NCBI RefSeq assembly: GCF_000092465.1
Contig: NC_014205.1
Location: 750,001 to 782,000 of the forward strand
Source of the DNA: Staphylothermus hellenicus DSM 12710
Lineage (GTDB): Archaea > Thermoproteota > Thermoprotei_A > Sulfolobales > Desulfurococcaceae
Length of the DNA: 32,000 nucleotides
Reading direction: 5' to 3'
Under the pieces are notes generated by a model. It worked only from the letters and a program-made list of their open reading frames with translations, was not told the DNA's origin and made no database searches. The position numbers and the translations under genes were made by a program. The first letter of the stretch is position 1, and each line of letters starts with the position of its first letter. This document shows positions 1 to 8,201 of the stretch, piece by piece.

Positions 1-333
1 CTAGAGGATGAGTATCTAGGTTTCTATGCAGACTTAATAATTAACCTATGTAAGTTACAGCCTAGAAAACTATATGTTGTAGGATTTTTTGAGGAGAAAA
101 ACAATATGATCTATGATGTTGAAGAGGGGGTTATAATAGAAGATGGAATACCATACTATGTGAACAAAGAGAGAGGAATAAAAGAGAAGCTAAAGGATCC
201 GGAGGATATAAAACTAGCTGTTAAAATGGCGCTCGGAGAATTATTGTTACTAGTGGATCCTCAGAGAGTTGTAAGCGATGTATTGAGCCAGCTGGTTAGG
301 GATAGAGAACATTTAAGGACGATTGGATTTTAG
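1..333 (+). CDS. 3' part of a CDS running off the left edge of the window; function unknown
   Basis: Frame 1 is open from nt 1 (LEDEYLGFYADLIINLCKLQPRKLYVVGFFEEKNN...) to the TAG at 331-333. The ATG at 106 used by the ORF track is therefore probably internal. No motif recognised. Confidence 0.45.
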   Translation, partial: LEDEYLGFYADLIINLCKLQPRKLYVVGFFEEKNNMIYDVEEGVIIEDGIPYYVNKERGIKEKLKDPEDIKLAVKMALGELLLLVDPQRVVSDVLSQLVRDREHLRTIGF

Positions 334-870
334 AGACAAAATATTATGTGGTGCTGTAACAGTTATGGTTGCAACTCTTTTTCTATGATATAATCTAACA
401 CTACGAATATAGACTACGTAATCTGGATGGGTTAAAGATACTTGTCTATTGATTTTTTCAGCAATTACTTTTATAGCGTCTAGAGAGTGTGCAGGCATAC
501 GAGTTTCTTGCCAGTAGAGCCTGCCTCTTAGACTTACCCGATACGTTTTATCTTCTGGAATCTTTTTCTCGGCAAGCTCAGCTGATTTTTCAGCAACAAC
601 TTCAACATATGGATCAACGATTACATCTATTGGTATAGCACGATACATTATGTTTAATTCGTCTTTTCTATTCCTCAACTCCTCCACAGCCTTATACGGA
701 TCATCGACTTGTAATAATATAACCGATGTACCCGCATCTACAACTCTATAGTTTCCTATAATGCTTCTCAGAATAGATAATACGTATCGATAATTATCAA
801 GCCCTGGCTCATGTGTTATAATGAGATTAAACGACAATACACATCTCCACCATATTAGTTTGATAGTCAA
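313..870 (-). CDS. putative THUMP-domain RNA-binding protein
   Basis: 185-aa ORF. The C-terminal half (YRVSLRGRLYWQETRMPAHSLDAIKVIAEKINRQVSLTHPDYVVYIRSV) has the pattern I associate with small THUMP proteins. The start is uncertain: an in-frame TTG at 837 would give (M)SFNLIITHEPG. The 3' end overlaps the convergent CDS 1..333 by 21 nt. Confidence 0.5.
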   Translation of the reverse strand: MTIKLIWWRCVLSFNLIITHEPGLDNYRYVLSILRSIIGNYRVVDAGTSVILLQVDDPYKAVEELRNRKDELNIMYRAIPIDVIVDPYVEVVAEKSAELAEKKIPEDKTYRVSLRGRLYWQETRMPAHSLDAIKVIAEKINRQVSLTHPDYVVYIRSVRLYHRKRVATITVTAPHNILSLKSNRP

Positions 871-982
871 TATCTAATCATTTATCAATGTATAATAAAT
901 ATATCATATCCATACCTACTATTCAATGCTTAAATCGTGGAGAACAAATAAAATAATATGTCTTTAATATGGTTATATCTCA

Positions 983-1273
983 ATGATAGCAAATAGAAGG
1001 TGGCATTTTGTGATTGCAAGGATTGGTAGAAAAATAATCATTATACAGGAAGCTCCAACTCATTGGGATGTAAGATATGCTCTCGAAGACGTGAACCATA
1101 TATTGTTGACAAGGAAGTATAAGCCAACATATTTCTTCGAAGGAACACCTGCCATGGGACAAGGTGGATTCTCAGTAATCGTAAAACTTGACAGAGAAAT
1201 GAAAGATGAAGAACGAAGAATGCTTAGACGCTTACTAAGTAATAGAGGAATAAAAGTTATTATGGAGGATTAA
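983..1273 (+). CDS. small hypothetical protein, probably co-transcribed with the XdhC-like gene
   Basis: 96-aa ORF with an ATG start. Its stop lies 4 nt before the ATG of the next gene on the same strand. No motif recognised. Confidence 0.4.
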   Translation: MIANRRWHFVIARIGRKIIIIQEAPTHWDVRYALEDVNHILLTRKYKPTYFFEGTPAMGQGGFSVIVKLDREMKDEERRMLRRLLSNRGIKVIMED

Positions 1274-1277
1274 TCCC

Positions 1278-2162
1278 ATGGCAGAGAACATAATAATTTA
1301 TAAAAAGATCGTTGAAGAACTTGAAAAAAGAAACCCAGTAGCACTAGCAACAATCGTAAATAAAGAAGGAAGCGGGCCAAGAGATCCGGGTTCAAGCCTA
1401 GTTTACACAGTAGATGGAGTCAAAATAGGAACTATAGGTGGAGGACATATCGAGAAAATAATTATTGAAGAAGCCAAGAAAGCCTTACAGGAAGGGAAAC
1501 CTAGAAAAATAAAGCTTGCACTTAGAAGAGAAAATATTCCCCCAGACGCGATCAAGACAAACCAGCTATGCGGAGGAATCGTAGAAGTGTTTATAAACGT
1601 AATAAATCCTCCTCCAAGACTAATAATAACAGGCGGAGGAAACGTTGGCAAACCAATAGCTGATATAGCAAACATATTGGGTTACAAAATAATAATTATA
1701 GACACCAATCCTAAACTAGCCAATAAAGAAAGATTCCCCTATGCTGAAAAAGTCTTAGCTGGAAACATAGTAGAAAAACTAGAATCAATTAAATACTCAC
1801 CATTCGATATAGTTGTTATTGCATATGGAGAAGTAGAAACAGATTATCAATCACTAAAAACACTAGTAAAGAACAAATTCCCAGGACACATATGGGCACT
1901 ATGCAGTAGAACCCGTGCAACATGGATGCTTAAACGACTCGTCGAAGAAGAAAATATTGAACTAGACAACATAGTAGATAAACTACACATGCCCGCCGGG
2001 TTAGACATAGGAAGCGACACACCCGCAGAAATAGCCATAAGCATATTATCAGAAATTATATGTGTTCTGAAAAAATGCAACATACCCGTTAAATCAATGA
2101 ATATAGCTAGAATATGGTGGGAGACCTATAAAAAAGATAAATCTAAGACAAAACATGAGTAG
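1278..2162 (+). CDS. XdhC/CoxI-family protein (molybdenum-cofactor insertion chaperone-like, Rossmann C-terminal domain)
   Basis: The N-terminus (VALATIVNKEGSGPRDPGSSLVYTVDGVKIGTIGGGHIE) matches the XdhC_CoxI domain pattern. The central ITGGGNVGKPIADIANILGYKIIIID is the XdhC Rossmann-like domain. Confidence 0.75.
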   Translation: MAENIIIYKKIVEELEKRNPVALATIVNKEGSGPRDPGSSLVYTVDGVKIGTIGGGHIEKIIIEEAKKALQEGKPRKIKLALRRENIPPDAIKTNQLCGGIVEVFINVINPPPRLIITGGGNVGKPIADIANILGYKIIIIDTNPKLANKERFPYAEKVLAGNIVEKLESIKYSPFDIVVIAYGEVETDYQSLKTLVKNKFPGHIWALCSRTRATWMLKRLVEEENIELDNIVDKLHMPAGLDIGSDTPAEIAISILSEIICVLKKCNIPVKSMNIARIWWETYKKDKSKTKHE

Positions 2163-2306
2163 AATATTTTTAATTTAACACTAATCATTCTTTAATACCT
2201 TATATTTCATGGGAAGATTATAGGAACGGTAGAAACGTTAAAGGAATACTTTATTTTAATCCTCTATGTACTTCGTATATTACCGTTCTAGAATTATATA
2301 GATAAA

Positions 2307-2460
2307 ATGCTTGATATTAAGGAAAAACTGGAATATAATAGCACTTGTCAAAGAGATAATTGAGGCACTAAATACAGCGCCTGGTAGTGTTCATTATTAA
2401 TAGTGGCGAGAAAGAGCCCATAAGATTTTGGAAGAAAAAGCTTTACAAAAAGATAGATGA
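2307..2460 (+). pseudogene. decayed winged-helix (ArsR-like) regulator fragment, paralog of CDS 4198..4608
   Basis: The ATG at 2307 gives MLDIKEKLEYNS. A frame change then gives ALVKEIIEALNTAPGSVHY followed by in-frame TAA TAG, then ...HKILEEKALQK. The HTH segment 2350-2403 aligns with 4279-4332 (REIAEALNMAPSTVHYHL), with 39 of 54 nt identical by hand count. Confidence 0.4.
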
Positions 2461-2852
2461 GACAATAGAAAGCAGGTAATAAGTTATTAAGAATGCTCAT
2501 TAAGACTATTCATCTATCTTGGAATCCATAGAAGAAGTTAAATTCCTTGATCATAGGAAAACATAGTCTATTCTATATCCTATCACTCATTTTCAAAATG
2601 TTGGGGAGATCACAGATAAGGATCTACAGGTTCAAGGGTAGATGGTGTTTGGTGCAGGATATTCAAAGGATAGTTGTAGCTTGTATCTATGGGTTTTGTT
2701 ATAGGGAAAGCGATTAGGTGTAAATAGTACTTCCAGCATAAATGCTGGATCACCTAACATGAGGTATTGGGGAAATAGATAGGGGAAGACTATTCATAGC
2801 AAAAGCAACAAAAGCCGGAACGGTGTCTACTTGTTGGAATAATACAAAAATA

Positions 2853-3281
2853 TTATATTCTGAACTGTGAAATATGCTTAACAAGGCCTAGATCGCTTGT
2901 TTTTCTAATAAGTTCCTCATCAGCCGTATATAGTTTTGTATTAAGCATCATGGCCAATGCAACATATGAAGCATCATATACTGTTATTCCCTTTCTCATC
3001 GCTATCTCAATACTTTTCATCGAGAGTTCACCTTTTAGATCGTATAATGTGAACTGGAAGTCGTCAAGGGCTTCACCTATCTTCTTAAGCTCATCCTCAC
3101 CAAAGGCGCCGGAGTATTTTAGTGCGTTTAACACCTCGTAAGGTAGTAGTGATGGTGCATTGATATCTATTAGTCCATCAACATATGCATCTCTCAGCAA
3201 CCATGCCTCACGACTATACTTCTCTTCAACGAACCATTTAACAATAACTGAGGCATCAACTACTACCTTCTCTCCCTCCAT
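2853..3281 (-). CDS. vapC: PIN-domain ribonuclease toxin VapC
   Basis: 142 aa. The N-terminal VVVDASVIVKWFVEE carries the first PIN acidic residue, followed by later DASYVALA and TADEEL acidic motifs. The gene overlaps the upstream antitoxin-like gene by 19 nt. Confidence 0.85.
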   Translation of the reverse strand: MEGEKVVVDASVIVKWFVEEKYSREAWLLRDAYVDGLIDINAPSLLPYEVLNALKYSGAFGEDELKKIGEALDDFQFTLYDLKGELSMKSIEIAMRKGITVYDASYVALAMMLNTKLYTADEELIRKTSDLGLVKHISQFRI

Positions 3282-3511
3282 CTCCTAATCTCCTCTACAC
3301 TACTCCATCTCTCAACTCTCCTCAAAAGCTCCCTCGATCTTAAAGCAGCCCTTCTAATTCTTTCAACATCCTTCCCACGCATTCTAGCCTCCTCACGAAC
3401 TATAACCTCGTATATAGCTTTCCTAACCACCTCACTCCAATTAATGTGTTTGAGCTTATCCATCTTCTCCTTAAGCTCCCTACTGATCCTGAAACTCACA
3501 ACAACGCTCAT
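3263..3511 (-). CDS. vapB: VapB-type antitoxin (ribbon-helix-helix-like)
   Basis: Start moved to the internal ATG at 3511 (MSVVVSFRISRELKEKMDKLKHINWSEVVRKAIYEVI...). The 31 upstream codons of the ORF-track call are AT-rich and contain TATA-like sequence (TTTATAAAT). The product is a small basic protein directly upstream of, and overlapping, vapC. Confidence 0.7.
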   Translation of the reverse strand: MSVVVSFRISRELKEKMDKLKHINWSEVVRKAIYEVIVREEARMRGKDVERIRRAALRSRELLRRVERWSSVEEIRRWRERR

Positions 3512-4197
3512 AGAAGCCACCAACAATGTATTACTTAGGATGTAATATATGTAATACAAATTTATAAACTTTTCATAAAAACATATTCTCAACCAATCAC
3601 TCATTCATTACCATAGTTATTGCTTAATTTATTGAAACCAATAGAGAGTCTATGTCATGGAATAAATGTTGATCTAAGGGATCTTTTCAGGGATCTTCTA
3701 GATAATAATAGAGTTAGGAAATTTCATGAAAAACTATCCTTGTAGGCTACCATAAGTGGTTAGAAAAATATATTGGTAGAGGAGAAGGGAATATATTTTG
3801 AGACATGGGCGGGGATCCTTATCGTCACAATAATAACTTGCATTGGAGAATCAAAGCGTAGGTAAAATTATTTATGAGTATCCAGCTTCTTATTCACGCT
3901 ATATCAGGACTAACTATACAAATATACAGATACTCTAATGAAATGGAAAAACTTGGTGATAAAGGATAGAGTAGGATCTAGCTATACAATTCATGATAGC
4001 TTCTGGTCTAAGAAGGCATCTATGGACATAAATGTCTACAGGAACAAATTTTATGAATAATGGCTTTATCCTCAGATTTATACACTATATCTAGAACATG
4101 TGGGAATTTTTCGTGGGGAAAATGAGAATCAAAACATTAGTATAATATTGTTTCTGTAAAACATATACTTATATTAGAGAAGTATATTCGTTATGGT

Positions 4198-4608
4198 TTG
4201 AGAGATTTGAGCAAAGTAGATGATGTCAAGCGAAGAATATATATTTACTTGCTTACCTCAGATGAGCCTAGAAGTGTTAGGGAGATAGCTGAAGCACTAA
4301 ATATGGCGCCAAGCACAGTTCATTATCACTTAAAGAAAATGGTTGAGGATGGAATAGTTAAGAAAGCTTCTAGAGGATATACGATCAATAAATTGATTAG
4401 TATTGAGGGATACATTATTATTCATAGAAAAATTATTCCGAGACTCTTTGTTTACTCATTATTCTTCCTGGGCTTAACTATTGGGAGCATTATAGAGATA
4501 GTACTGGATAAAAATATCAATATGGATCGAATACTGCTACTCATATCTTCGATTTCCGCATTCACACTCCTATTATATGAGAGTGTGAATGCTTGGAGAA
4601 AACTATGA
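4198..4608 (+). CDS. winged-helix (ArsR-like) transcriptional regulator with C-terminal transmembrane segments
   Basis: The N-terminus (RRIYIYLLTSDEPRSVREIAEALNMAPSTVHYHLKKMVEDGIVKK) is a classic wHTH. The C-terminal 60 aa contain two hydrophobic stretches (LFVYSLFFLGLTIGSIIEIVL and ILLLISSISAFTLLLY). The start is a TTG at 4198. Confidence 0.7.
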   Translation: MRDLSKVDDVKRRIYIYLLTSDEPRSVREIAEALNMAPSTVHYHLKKMVEDGIVKKASRGYTINKLISIEGYIIIHRKIIPRLFVYSLFFLGLTIGSIIEIVLDKNINMDRILLLISSISAFTLLLYESVNAWRKL

Positions 4609-4697
4609 CCAATATTGTCCAAGTTTTCGAACAATTCTGTTCAATGCTTAGCTATAATAAAAATATTAAATTAAATCTATAAATAGGTGAGCAGTTC

Positions 4698-6821
4698 ATG
4701 GATGGATCAAAAATCATAATACTTGGAGCAATAGCGCTCATAATAGGTATTCTACTACCAATAACAATGCATACAATATTCTTCTCTGGAACTAGAAACA
4801 CAGGTAATCCTATCAGAGCAAGTATTGAAGCAAATTTGCCTAAGATAAAAGAAATGGAGAGCTTCTCCTCTTACAGCGAGCTCTTAAACTACTTAAACAA
4901 AACACTAGCACCTACTCAATCTAATCCAGAAATTATGGGAATACTTAACATAGAAAAATCGGTAATGCACACTCCTGTAGGAGCCGTACCATTATTCGAG
5001 ACTCAACAAAGAACAACGATAAGATATTCAAGCACCAATGTACAGGTGAAGGGTATTGATGAACCAGATATTGTTAAGACTAATGGTAAAATAATAGCTG
5101 TTGCTAAAGGAGACACCGTATATATAATTGATGCAGTACGAGACGTTTATGTTGGAAAAATTGTTTTAAACTCCACAATCAACTCAATCTATATATCAGG
5201 AGATCATTTAATCGTGTTAACCATTATGAATAGAAAATTCAACCTAATACAAAAGATAATAAATGAAAACACGGCATTCACAATGACTTTTCCATTACCA
5301 GGAACAATTAGTGAAATACATGTATATAGTATATCTGATCCCAGTAAACCTGTTAAACTATATAATATCTCAGTCACAGGCACAATAATTTCTTCCAGGC
5401 TCAAAGACAATATTCTCTATACTATTATGCAGCAACCAGTATATGATACATCAATTACGATACCATCAATTGGAGAACAACTATTACCTCCTGAAAATAT
5501 TTATCTAGTAGATAAACAGCCAGTCCACTATACAAACATAATCGCTTTAAACATTACAAGCGGCAAATACTCAGCATATTCCTTTCTAACGGGTCCTACA
5601 TCATGGGTTTACATGTCACATAAATATTTAGTATTAGCATCTTCTAACCCCTACTGGATAGTTTATCGAGAACAAGCTATGAGGACTATAACCAAGTATA
5701 TGCCGGAAGAAATAAAGAAACAGCTCGAGCCTCTCATTGAAAACAACAACTATTATAAAGCATTGGAGATCATTAATGATTATCTTAACAAGTTAGATCA
5801 GGATAACATCACCGAGATAGTTAATAATATAAATTCTGGACTCAACACTTCAAACTTTACAGACTATACAAAACTCTACATATTAGATATTAATCAATTA
5901 TCGCTAGAATATAAGGGCGAAATAGAAGTTCCAGGAATAATACTAGACCAGTTCAGCATAGAAGAATACAGAAACAATTACCTGGTTGTAGCTACTACTG
6001 TTAGCAATTATAAGCTAGAAGCAGAATTCCATACGTTTTCTAATAGAGATAACGCTGTAATAATTAGTGTGAATGATAGTAACGGCACTAAGAAATGGAT
6101 GATGAATATTAATAAAACCCTAGTAGAGCGGGGCTGGAAAGGCTTCTTCTCAGTATTTCCGAGCCTGATCCTGAAATATAATGAATTAAACATTATAGAT
6201 CTAAGTGATCTGGAAATAATTAGTAAATTATCTAATCTAGCAGTTAACGAAGACATAAAAGCATCAAGGCTTGTAGGAGACTTATTCATACTTGTAACTT
6301 ATAGACAAGTTGATCCCTTATTCGCAATAAATATTTCTGATCCAGAAAACCCTGTAGTGTTAGGGTACTTAGAGATTCCAGGATATAATGAATACCTACA
6401 TCCAGTATCGAAGAACTTATTATTGGGTATAGGCGTTGAAGGCGGTAAGCTTATGGTTTCACTATATAATATTAGTGATCCAGAAAATATTGTGCAGGTT
6501 GCTAAAGCAACTCTCTCACCATTATTATCGCCTGTTCTACAAGATTATCATGCATTCACCATTGATCCTGAGAAGAAACTTATATTTATACCAGTAGCAA
6601 CAGCTCTCTTCAAACTTGAAAATGAACTGGCAACTTGTGGAGACGGGGTAGCAGTAATTGAATACAGTAATACCTCACTTATCGTTCTCAAAATAATAGA
6701 TCACCCATACATTGTTAGAACATTGTATATAGGAGATAAGCTATATATAATATCACCATATATGGTTAGAGTATTTAATGAAGCCACATTAGAATTAATT
6801 AAAACTATTTGGCTAAGCTAA
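4698..6821 (+). CDS. secreted/membrane-anchored beta-propeller domain protein (COG4880 / Beta_propel-like)
   Basis: 707 aa. There is an N-terminal signal-anchor (IIILGAIALIIGILLPI). Repeated SDP(S/E)xP(V)xLG motifs (ISDPSKPVKL, ISDPENPVVLGYLEIPGYNEYLHPVSKNLLLGIG, ISDPENIVQV) are typical of this archaeal/bacterial propeller family as I recall it. Confidence 0.65.
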   Translation: MDGSKIIILGAIALIIGILLPITMHTIFFSGTRNTGNPIRASIEANLPKIKEMESFSSYSELLNYLNKTLAPTQSNPEIMGILNIEKSVMHTPVGAVPLFETQQRTTIRYSSTNVQVKGIDEPDIVKTNGKIIAVAKGDTVYIIDAVRDVYVGKIVLNSTINSIYISGDHLIVLTIMNRKFNLIQKIINENTAFTMTFPLPGTISEIHVYSISDPSKPVKLYNISVTGTIISSRLKDNILYTIMQQPVYDTSITIPSIGEQLLPPENIYLVDKQPVHYTNIIALNITSGKYSAYSFLTGPTSWVYMSHKYLVLASSNPYWIVYREQAMRTITKYMPEEIKKQLEPLIENNNYYKALEIINDYLNKLDQDNITEIVNNINSGLNTSNFTDYTKLYILDINQLSLEYKGEIEVPGIILDQFSIEEYRNNYLVVATTVSNYKLEAEFHTFSNRDNAVIISVNDSNGTKKWMMNINKTLVERGWKGFFSVFPSLILKYNELNIIDLSDLEIISKLSNLAVNEDIKASRLVGDLFILVTYRQVDPLFAINISDPENPVVLGYLEIPGYNEYLHPVSKNLLLGIGVEGGKLMVSLYNISDPENIVQVAKATLSPLLSPVLQDYHAFTIDPEKKLIFIPVATALFKLENELATCGDGVAVIEYSNTSLIVLKIIDHPYIVRTLYIGDKLYIISPYMVRVFNEATLELIKTIWLS

Positions 6822-6832
6822 AAGATTATAGA

Positions 6833-7640
6833 CTAAGCATTTTTCTTTTTAATAAGAGAACCTGCAATTACTTGTCCAAAAGAAACTCCATTATCGTTTG
6901 GAGGAATTATTCTAGGCAAGACGGTTTTAAATCATGTTCTCCAAGACTATCTTCTAATCCTTTATCCATATATGTATTTACTGCTGCACCCCAGGAAACA
7001 ACTGCTTGTTCTATTCTTTTATCCTTGGTCAATTTATTAACAAGCATACCCATCCAGTATCCATAGCTGTAAAAAGGATGCTTTTAGCAGTTTCAGGTAT
7101 TGAGTTATGTTTATATTATTACGTATTAGGTGTTCTATTAGGTCTTCATATTCTAATACGTATGGTCCATTATGGGTTGAAGTATGGAAGTATTCAAGTA
7201 GTTTAGAAGATTTTGCTTTATCAGCTACTGCTTCAAGCTTGATCACTGTTCTCCTTCATAGAATCTATAAAGACATACTCCGAGAATAGCTGATACCATG
7301 TCTAAGAACCTACCAGTGCTAGATGCTTCAATATATCTACCAGCATTTATAAGCTTGTGCGCCATAATCATTTCCGCAGCTTGTCTCTGATCAATGCTGC
7401 CCAACATGTTTTGACGAGTTCATGTATTTCTTCAAAACTATATCATTTACTTGGACAAGTACCCTACCAGTATTCTTAGCGGATAAATAGTGTCTCTATC
7501 ACTTGTTAATGGTAACTTCTCTATATGACCCAGCCGCTTATAATCATATTTATTAGTTCAATATTGAACAATATTATTTCGCCTCCCCATATTGTTCTGT
7601 CATCACCCCAGCTAAGACCATCCATAGCTAATCCTATTCC
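6833..7640 (-). pseudogene. hypF: decayed HypF-like carbamoyltransferase C-terminal (Kae1-like) domain
   Basis: Minus-strand translation, broken over three frames with many stops, gives four motif matches. LAMDGLSWGDDRTIWGGE (7578-7631) matches HypF DGtGyG.DGtiWGGE. KRLGHIEKLPLTSDRDTIYPLRILVGYL (7456-7539) matches R.ahL..lpGGd.a...P.R. SSTGRFLDMVSAILG...YEGE..IKLEAVA (from 7323 downward) matches tSS.GRLFDavaallG...yEGqAA..LE. IIPPNDNGVSFGQ (6872-6910) matches vPpNDGGiSLGQ. Confidence 0.55.
6840..6850 (+). terminator. oligo-T tract (T5CT5) downstream of the beta-propeller gene
   Basis: TTTTTCTTTTT begins 19 nt after the TAA at 6819-6821. Archaeal termination commonly uses oligo-T tracts. Confidence 0.3.
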
Positions 7641-8095
7641 CGTACCAGTATTATTATTCCATCCAAGCTATTCTTCAGCATTACCCTGAAATATCCACCT
7701 ATTAATGCAACATTGTTTTTCTCTTAATAATTTAATCATAGACTCGAATATCCTGTCTAGATCATTTCTTGGAAAACCTTCCTCAACAATAATACCATCC
7801 ATATAAGCTATTGGTCTAGCACCCATCTAACAAGATCATTTGATACCCCTGAAACAGCAAGGTGCCCAATGTTTCCTCCGGGAAAGAATAATGGTTTAAC
7901 CGTGAAAATATCTGTTGATTCAACATGCGTGTTTCCAATACGCATGCTTGACACATAATCTAATACATCTAATCCCACATCATCGAATACTTTTCTCAGA
8001 TTCTCTGAAACACGTTGAGCAATAGGTTCTCAATTAACTAATCCTCTACATCATTATCCATGAAATTGTGTAGAGAAGTTAATGAATTAGAGCAT
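7641..8095 (-). pseudogene. hypE: decayed HypE-like (PurM/AIR-synthase superfamily) N-terminal half
   Basis: Minus-strand fragments separated by frameshifts give the matches. [21 protein letters not shown] (7832-7894) compares with E. coli Hyp[52 protein letters not shown] (7737-7823) compares with [39 protein letters not shown], DGIII and NTGTGIG compare with IAIVTGDTKV...LFINTAGMG. There is an internal stop in the N-terminal [10 protein letters not shown] segment. Confidence 0.6.
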
Positions 8096-8201
8096 GTATC
8101 GAATTGATTGTTTGAGGTGAGGGGAGATTAGCATGTTTTATTTTTTATTTGCTTAACCATATATGTATATATTGTACTTATATGTAAAGGGGCATTGATA
8201 A

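Noticed and set aside
980-1162. 60-aa minus-strand ORF opposite the 96-aa ORF
   Set aside because: Neither ORF has motifs. The plus-strand ORF is preferred because of its tight 4-nt coupling to the XdhC-like gene and its more protein-like composition. The minus ORF is Cys/Trp/His-rich with no signals.
1403-2083. Antisense ORFs inside the XdhC-like gene (1403..1675, 1847..2083) and similar antisense ORFs inside other long genes, for example 5204..5410, 6008..6289, 9591..9833, 10277..10669, 12089..12454, 16575..16841, 17418..18131, 23619..23846, 26239..26521 and 28486..28815
   Set aside because: Each is fully embedded opposite a longer ORF with strong family motifs. They have low-complexity or hydrophobic composition typical of shadow ORFs and lack plausible promoters or starts.
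3512-3604. N-terminal 31 codons of the 113-aa ORF-track call for the antitoxin
   Set aside because: This stretch is extremely AT-rich, Tyr/Ile/Asn-rich nonsense (ICFYEKFINLYYIYYILSN) containing TATA-like sequence. The paralogous VapB-like relic at 24812 starts at the position equivalent to 3511.
6809-7289. Three overlapping plus-strand ORFs (6809..7066, 7006..7206, 7107..7289) and one minus ORF (7037..7246) in the gap after the beta-propeller gene
   Set aside because: The plus-strand ORFs are antisense to the HypF-like relic and have no motifs. The minus ORF is just one surviving frame segment of that pseudogene (EAVADKAKS...), not an independent gene.
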